NCBI GenBank assembly: GCA_964016885.1
Contig: OZ024752.1
Location: 23,374,001-23,438,000 of the forward strand
DNA length: 64,000 bases
From: Eledone cirrhosa
Lineage: Eukaryota
Reading direction: 5' to 3'
The notes beneath the pieces were generated by a model. The model was not told the DNA's origin and did no database searches. It was given only the letters and a program-made list of their open reading frames with translations. Shown piece by piece: positions 58,201-64,000 of this stretch; the first letter of the stretch is position 1, and each line of letters opens with the position of its first letter. A program made the position numbers and the translations under genes.

Positions 58201-60131
58201 CATTCTCTCTTACGTTCTAGCGACTGTCATTCTATCTGATGTTCTAGCTATTGTCATCCTATCTGACGTTCTAGCGACTGTCATTCTATCTGATGTTCCA
58301 ACGACTGTTATTTTATCTAACGTCCTAGCGACTGTCATTCTATCTGAAGTTCTAACAACTGTAATATTATCTGACGTTCTAACGACTGTCATTCTATCTG
58401 ACGTTCTAACCACTGTCATTCTATCTGACGTTCTAACGACTGTCATTTTATCTGACGTTCTAACGACATTCATTCTATCTGACGTTCTAACCACTGTCAT
58501 TCTATCTGACGTTCTAACCACTGTCATTCTATCTGACGTTATAGCGACTGTCATTCTACGTGACGTTCTAGCGACTGTCATTCTATCTGACGTTCTAACC
58601 ACTGTCATTCTATCTGACGTTCTAGCGACTGTCATTCTATTTGATGTTCTAACGACTGTCATTCTATCTGACGTTCTAACGACTGTCGTTCTATCTGACG
58701 TTCTAACGACATTCATTCTATCTGACGTTCTAACCACTGTCATTCTATCTGACGTTCTAACCACTGTCATTCTATCTGACGTTTTAGCGACTGTCATTCT
58801 ACCTGACGTTCTACTGACTGTCATTCTATCTGACGTTCTAACCACCGTCATTCTATCTGATGTTCTAACGCCTGTCATTCTATCTGACGTTCTAACAACT
58901 GTCATTCTATCTGACGTTCTAACGACTGTCATTCTATCTGACGTTCTAACAAATGTCATTCTATCTGACGTCTTGGCGACTTTCATTCTATCTGACATTC
59001 TAGCGATTGTCATTCTATCTGACGTTCTAACGACTGTAATTCTATCTGACGTTCTAACGACTGTAATTCTATCTGACGTTCTAACCACTGTCATTCTATC
59101 TGACGTCCTAGCGACTGTCATTCTATCTGACGTTCTAACAACTGTCATTCTATCTGACGTTCTAACGACTGTAATTCTATCTGACGTTCTAACGACTGTA
59201 ATTCTATCTGATGTTCTAACGACTGTCATTCTATCTGACGTTCTAGCGACTGTCATTCTATCTGACGTTTTAACCACTGTCATTCTATCTGAGGTTCTAG
59301 CGACTGTCATTCTATCTGACGTCTTAACGACTGTCATTTTATCTGACGTTCTAACGACTGCCATTCTATCTGACGTTCTAACCGCTGTCATTCTATCTGA
59401 CGTTCTAGCGACTATCATTCTATTTGACGTTCTAACGACTGTAATTCTATCTGACGTTCTAACGACTGTCATTCTCTCTGACGTTCTAACAACTGTCATT
59501 CTATCTGACGTTCTAACGACTCTCATTCTATCTGACGTTCTAACGACTGTCATTCTATCTGACGTTCTAACGACTGTCATTCATCTGACGTTCTAACGAC
59601 TGTCATTCTATCCGATTTTCTAACGACTGTCATTCTATCTGACGTTCTAGCGACTGTCATTCTTTCTGACGTTCTAACGACTGTCATTCTATCTGACGTT
59701 CTAACGACTGTCATTCTATCTGACGTTCTAACAACTGTCATTCTATCTGACGTTCTAACGACTGTCTTTGTATTTGACGTTCTAACGAGTGCCATTCTAT
59801 CTGACGTTCTAACAACTCTCATTCTATCTGACGTTCTAACGACTGTTTTTCTATCTGACGTTCTAGCAACTGACAATTCTCCGCCTATATAAGCTACATT
59901 AGGTATAATATAAATTTATATCTATGTTTACAGTACAGATTTAACCGAGACTGCATAAACCTGTACATAATTTACACATTGTGCATTTTCCTATATAAAC
60001 ACACCAAAATTACATATATTATTATTATTTTATTATTTTTGAGGGAAATACATGTATGTATTTACGCGCGTGTGTATGTATGTATGTTCTTTCTGTTTTT
60101 ATAATTTCACAATTTTCTTTCCCAATAGAAA

Positions 60132-60169
60132 GAGAGAGTCGGTTTTTAACATAGTCAGAAGACTCTCTC
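60132..60169. other. Inverted repeat with a 9-bp stem and 20-nt loop in the putative 3' UTR of the RLE fragment
   Basis: GAGAGAGTC (60132-60140) and GACTCTCTC (60161-60169) are perfect reverse complements. Confidence 0.6.
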
Positions 60170-60314
60170 ATTGTAACTTACACATCAACTAGGTAGATTA
60201 TATATGCATGCATTCATATGTAGATATGGTTGTTATTGTATGTGTGGATGCGTATGTTTTGAGTTGTATGTGTGCATGTGTATATGCTTTGTATCTGTAC
60301 ATCTGTATATGCAG

Positions 60315-60921
60315 TTATGAGACGCAACATTTTTGGAATGTATTACATATTTTTACTGTTCCATTAACGGATTGTACTTGTAATTTCATAACTAGTTGTA
60401 TTCTTTCTGTTCCTGTGAAGCCTAGCTTCTCAAGATTTGTATTGATGCAGTTACTAACATACCCCAATAATCACAGGCATAAATCTGAAGGTGTAATCAG
60501 GGTGGAGTATCTGCAGATTTCTCATCAGTTCTGCATAAATATTCTCCTTTCCGCTTATCTTTGATATTATATTGGTATCTGCTGGGCAGCTAATTTCCAC
60601 TGCTGTGCATGCTTTCTTCTCCCTGTCCCATATCATATCTGGTCTGTTCTGCCTGCATTTTATTGGGGTTTTTACTGGAACATTCCACCAGTACTCTTTC
60701 ATATTATGTACGTGGATGTCTTCCACATTGCTGTAGCTTTTAATGTGTTTATTATCGGGGCTATCTTTTTTACGGACTGCATTGTACAGTGTTTTGGCCA
60801 CTACATCATGCCTCATAGGTAGATAGTACCGCGATGACATCTTTGGACAGCTGCTTATGACATGGGTGACATCTTCGATGTTAGTTCTGCAGAGTCTGCA
60901 CTTGTTATCACATCTAGGTGT
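60315..60921 (-). pseudogene. Frameshifted C-terminal coding remnant of the RLE retrotransposon
   Basis: After MPVIIG the frame shifts near 60460. The other frame continues GYVSNCINTNLEKLGFTGTERIQLVMKLQVQSVNGTVKICNTFQKCCVS and stops at TAA 60317-60315, which resembles an RLE-element C-terminus. Confidence 0.8.
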
Positions 60922-61223
60922 GGACGCTCCTTCGTATAAAACGCTCCCTCTTTTTTTATTATACTTTACGTAATACTTTGAAGTTTATAGGCATTTTATG
61001 AACCACGTCCAAAGTTCGCGGATTTTCGCTCTTCGTGGGTGCTCTGGGAACGTAACCTCTGCGAATATCGGAGGAGAACTGTATACACTTCTCATCATTT
61101 AGTCTTATTTATTAAGATTATAAATAGAAAAATAGTCCTATTTATAAGGATTATATCATCTTACTTAAATCTACATGTAAAGGTTTAAAATCTGCTATCA
61201 TAACCGATATTGGTATTAATTAG

Positions 61224-61541
61224 ATTTGTGGACATAATGAAAAACCTGAGGATGATAATAGCACTGGTTACTCTATAGGGGGTCAAATAATTTCTAATCT
61301 AAGTTATACAGATGATATGCTTACTATTAATAGTGATATTGCGAGCCTCCAAGATTTCATTAATCCTTTAGTTACAAATACAAAGGAAGTGAATTTCCAA
61401 ATTAATAACGATAAGACTGAATGTATGACTACTGATAAGTCACAGCCATATATTGGTATAACAATTTATAGTGGACCTATAAAACAAGTAGTAGAATTAG
61501 CTTGTCTAGGACATACACTACCAGCTTTAAATAATAACTAA
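61224..61541 (+). pseudogene. Decayed reverse-transcriptase fragment (RT motifs 5-7) of a LINE, RTE-like
   Basis: The frame upstream of ORF 61317 reads TGYSIGGQIISNLSYTDDMLTINSDIASLQDFINPLVTNTKEVNFQINNDKTECM...IKQVVELACLGH. This matches the LINE pattern G-x-x-IGG...NLRYADD...LQ...IN-x-x-KT-x-x-M...V-x-x-F-x-YLG with degenerate residues. Stops bound it at 61221-61223 and 61539-61541. The clade call is tentative. Confidence 0.75.
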
Positions 61542-61715
<174 letters not shown>

Positions 61716-63990
61716 TCCTTGAATCTCAGTCATTGATGTTGGTTAACTGGAAAGTCCGTTGGATTGAATATCAAGCCACTACCTGCAGCCTCAGATATTC
61801 AGGACGTATCGGAGGGTTCTTGCCGTTCCAAGCAAGCATGCCTTTTGAAGCGTTCCAAAAAGCGTGAAGGGGCCGATTTTCTTTAACCATCCCTGGAAAC
61901 CTTTGGAGATAGTCCCCAGTGCGCCTATGACAATCGGGATCACTTTGACTTCATGGCAGTTCCAAATCCTTTTCACCTCCCACTTTAGGTCCTGGTATCG
62001 GTTAATTTTCTCCCTCTCCTTCTCTTGCACTCTCGTGTCGAACGGGCAGGCCACATCCACAATCAGGCACGATCTTTTTTCTTTGTCCACAACCACCAGG
62101 TCAGGTCTATTGTGTTCCAGTTTTTTGTCCGTCTGTATCCTAAAATCCCACAGCACCTTCACCTGACTGTTCTCCATCACCGCCTCTGGCCTATGCTCAT
62201 ACCATTTCTCAGAATGTGGTAGATTGTTTACTTTGCACAGGTGCCAGTGGATCACCCTGCCCATCACATCGTGTCTCCAGCCCTTATAGTGGGTCTGGGC
62301 TAGGTGTTTACACTCGGACACAATGTGAGCCACAGTCTCCTCTCTCTCTCCACAGATCCTGCACAGTGGGCTAGCCTCCTCCTTGTAGATATGGTGCTTC
62401 AACCACTTCGTTTTGAGGGCCTGCTCCTGCGCAGCCATTAGCATTCCTTCTGTAGCCTTTTTGAGGTCTCCTCTTCTCAACCAGTTCCATGTCTGTGGAT
62501 CTCTAAATTCAGTTTTCTCAAAGAAGGTACTATGAAGGGATTTTCCCTTAAGGCTGCTCTTCCTCCTTGATGTTATTTCCTCCTTGGGTATCCCCTGGCC
62601 TACTGTCCCCTCCTTCAGTACAGCTCTGAGCATTGGCTCCTTACTATAGGTCACGTATTTGTATAGGTTGTTTTTCTCCATCTGAACACAGTCCTCTATG
62701 CTTATAAGACCTCTTCCACCCTCAGATCTCCTTAGGTAGAGTCTATCGACATCACTCCTCTTGTGGAACATGTTGTAGATAGTCAATAGCTTCCTAGTCT
62801 TCCTATCCATTTCTTTTTGTTCAGCAACATTCCATCTCAGAGTTCCCGCACTGTACCTAATAATAGACACAGCTCGGGAATTTACTGCGCTTATGGCATT
62901 TCTGCTGTTCAGATGTGACTTCAATACGCTCCTTACTCTCCGAATGTATTCAGTTCTTAACAATTCCTTCATTTTTTTGTTCTTTATGCCATCAGCCTCC
63001 AGAACGCCCAAATACTTGTATCCTTCCTCAGAGTCAATTTCCTTTATCATCTCACCTGTTGGTATCTGGATCCCGTTACTTCTGCTCAACCTACCCCTCC
63101 TCATCACAATGACTCCACATTTACCAACACCAAACTGCATACATATATCACTGCTGAAAATACGGACAGTGTCAACAAGCACATCCAACTCCTTCTCACT
63201 TTTCCCGAAGAGCTTAAGATCGTCCATGAAGAGGAGGTGATTGATGGTAAGCTCTCCCCTTCCCAACTTGTATCCTGCTCTCACTTTTCGCAGCATAATG
63301 GTCAAGGGCATCAGGGCAAGGACAAACAACAGAGGGGACAGGCTATCTCCCTGGAAGATACCTCTCTTGATCTTCACGCTTCCCAAGGATACTCCAGTTG
63401 ATGTCAACTCTGTCTCCCAGGACCCCATACTCCTGCCCAGCAACTGTCTGATGTTATCTGCCACCCTGAAGATCTCCAGGCTTTTGGTGATCCAGGAATG
63501 AGGCACCATGTCAAATGCCTTTCTGTAGTCTATCCATCCCATGGCAAGATCAGTGTGTCTCCTCCTGCAATTCCCCATTACCATCTTATCAATAAGCAAC
63601 TGGTCCTTTGTACCACGTGACTTCTTTCGGCATCCTTTCTGTTCGTCCGGCAACAAGTTGTTTGTGTGGAGGTGATGGTAGATTTCCTCAGACACAATGC
63701 TCGTCAACAGTTTCCACATTACGGGCAGACATGTGATAGGTCTATAGTTGGTAACATCATTACCCTTGATTCGGTCTTTCATTATCAGAACTGTGGTACC
63801 TTTTGTCAACCACTCTGGCACCTCACCCGACACCAAGCAGTCATTGAACATGGCCGTCAGCTTCGGGTGGAGGGATGTTAAATGTTTAATCCAATAACCC
63901 TGCACACCATCTGGGCCTGGTGATTTCCAGTTGGTTAGTTTTTTGGCTTGCCCCTTAAGAGTTTCAACTTTGATACTCAAATCAGTCTTT
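61716..63990 (-). mobile_element. R4/Dong-like RLE non-LTR retrotransposon, apparently 5'-truncated, with a short 3' UTR (~75 bp) running into (AAT)n
   Basis: It carries the RT-CCHC-RLE ORF, and its 3' UTR (61790-61716) joins directly to AATAACAATAAC(AAT)n. A (TAT)n run starts again at 63990. The clade is inferred from domain order and motifs (QKGC, DQLLID, LFMDD). Confidence 0.88.
61791..63989 (-). CDS. Retrotransposon polyprotein, N-terminally incomplete: reverse transcriptase, CCHC zinc knuckle and restriction-like endonuclease
   Basis: At least 729 codons with no stop. RT motifs: WKSPGPDG, YRPITCL, WIDYRKAFD, GIFQGDSLSP, LFMDD, YKYLG, GGRGL. Knuckle and nuclease motifs: CRICGEREETVAHIVSEC, RHD, RPDLVVVD...DVACPFD...K. 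The TTG at 63980 is not a real start, because the frame stays open upstream (KTDL...). Confidence 0.93.
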   Translation of the reverse strand, partial: KTDLSIKVETLKGQAKKLTNWKSPGPDGVQGYWIKHLTSLHPKLTAMFNDCLVSGEVPEWLTKGTTVLIMKDRIKGNDVTNYRPITCLPVMWKLLTSIVSEEIYHHLHTNNLLPDEQKGCRKKSRGTKDQLLIDKMVMGNCRRRHTDLAMGWIDYRKAFDMVPHSWITKSLEIFRVADNIRQLLGRSMGSWETELTSTGVSLGSVKIKRGIFQGDSLSPLLFVLALMPLTIMLRKVRAGYKLGRGELTINHLLFMDDLKLFGKSEKELDVLVDTVRIFSSDICMQFGVGKCGVIVMRRGRLSRSNGIQIPTGEMIKEIDSEEGYKYLGVLEADGIKNKKMKELLRTEYIRRVRSVLKSHLNSRNAISAVNSRAVSIIRYSAGTLRWNVAEQKEMDRKTRKLLTIYNMFHKRSDVDRLYLRRSEGGRGLISIEDCVQMEKNNLYKYVTYSKEPMLRAVLKEGTVGQGIPKEEITSRRKSSLKGKSLHSTFFEKTEFRDPQTWNWLRRGDLKKATEGMLMAAQEQALKTKWLKHHIYKEEASPLCRICGEREETVAHIVSECKHLAQTHYKGWRHDVMGRVIHWHLCKVNNLPHSEKWYEHRPEAVMENSQVKVLWDFRIQTDKKLEHNRPDLVVVDKEKRSCLIVDVACPFDTRVQEKEREKINRYQDLKWEVKRIWNCHEVKVIPIVIGALGTISKGFQGWLKKIGPFTLFGTLQKACLLGTARTLRYVLNI

Positions 63991-64000
63991 ATTATTATTA
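63990..64000. repeat. Start of a probable (TAT)n/(TAA)n tract, cut by the window edge
   Basis: The last 11 bases read tattattatta, so only about 3.7 units are visible. Confidence 0.55.

Larger units (their letters stand above)
1..59878. repeat. 27-bp tandem satellite array, about 2,200 monomers, consensus TCTGACGTTCTAACGACTGTCATTCTA; runs off the left edge of the window
   Basis: Continuous head-to-tail 27-bp period from base 1 to ...gttctagcaactgacaattct at ~59,880. Most monomers differ from consensus by a few substitutions, and 25-26 bp deletion variants recur. I saw no inversion or foreign insertion. Copy number is length divided by 27. Confidence 0.98.
60088..60925 (-). mobile_element. 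5'-truncated, decayed 3' fragment of an RLE-type non-LTR retrotransposon (CCHC knuckle, PD-(D/E)xK endonuclease, 3' UTR)
   Basis: Extending ORF 60454-60840 upstream in frame gives PRCDNKCRLCRTNIEDVTHVISSCPKMSSRYYLPMRHD (C-x2-C-x8-H-x4-C plus RHD), followed by NRPDMIWDREKKACTAVEISCPAD...K (RLE core). The 3' end is inferred from an A-rich stretch next to (CATA)3. Confidence 0.85.

Noticed and set aside
47-59876. Many ORFs encoding (MTVVRTSDR)n on the minus strand or (VILSDVLTT)n on the plus strand, up to 575 aa, read as a repetitive protein gene or an antisense gene pair
   Set aside because: A 27-bp unit is 9 codons and two frames lack stops in the consensus, so long ORFs are automatic. Stops and 1-2 bp frameshifts are frequent and are copied along with the duplications. 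There is no unique N- or C-terminal domain.
1-59878. CRISPR array, since 27 bp is within the CRISPR repeat size range
   Set aside because: The monomers abut with no unique spacers, there are no cas genes, and the context is eukaryotic.
1-59878. Telomerase- or RT-templated repeat, or a diversity-generating cassette system tied to the neighbouring RT
   Set aside because: Variants are inherited in multi-kb blocks, which fits DNA-level duplication and not repeated copying from a short template. The RT is a standard non-LTR enzyme and shares no visible sequence with the monomer.
59885-59915. TATA-like motifs (CTATATAAG, TATAAAT) next to the array end as a promoter
   Set aside because: Such motifs are expected in very AT-rich DNA, and there is no downstream gene or other support.
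60208-60564. 118-aa plus-strand ORF rich in Cys, Val and Tyr
   Set aside because: It is antisense to the RLE fragment and its TG/TA-rich UTR, and low complexity explains the composition.
60924-60947. 7-bp direct repeat ACGCTCC (60924-60930 and 60941-60947) as a target-site duplication
   Set aside because: Both copies lie on the same side of the element and none was seen at its 3' end. It is short enough to be chance or junction microhomology.
61864-63881. Six short plus-strand ORFs (65-115 aa)
   Set aside because: They are antisense shadows of the retrotransposon ORF with no recognisable motifs.

Overview
This window is eukaryotic, probably animal, repetitive DNA with no ordinary protein-coding gene, RNA gene or CRISPR array. 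Bases 1 to ~59,878 are one uninterrupted head-to-tail satellite with a 27-bp monomer (consensus TCTGACGTTCTAACGACTGTCATTCTA, about 2,200 copies, all in one orientation), and the window starts inside it. The many (MTVVRTSDR)n and (VILSDVLTT)n ORFs arise because the 9-codon monomer has two stop-free frames. Diagnostic variant monomers show nested higher-order duplications (offsets 1455, 2586/2587, 2719, 3446, 4420, 5685, 5820 and 7842 bp) and a layered pattern of variants. The array ends sharply, and the last ~4.1 kb is a cluster of non-LTR retrotransposon pieces. These are a decayed 3' fragment of a restriction-like-endonuclease (RLE) element with a 3'-UTR hairpin, a possible degenerate HDV-like ribozyme motif, a decayed RTE-like RT fragment, a compound (TCT)21(TAT)33 microsatellite, and an uninterrupted R4/Dong-like RT-CCHC-RLE reading frame. 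That last element appears 5'-truncated and flanked by (TAA)n on both sides. Family assignments come from motifs read by eye; no database search was run.
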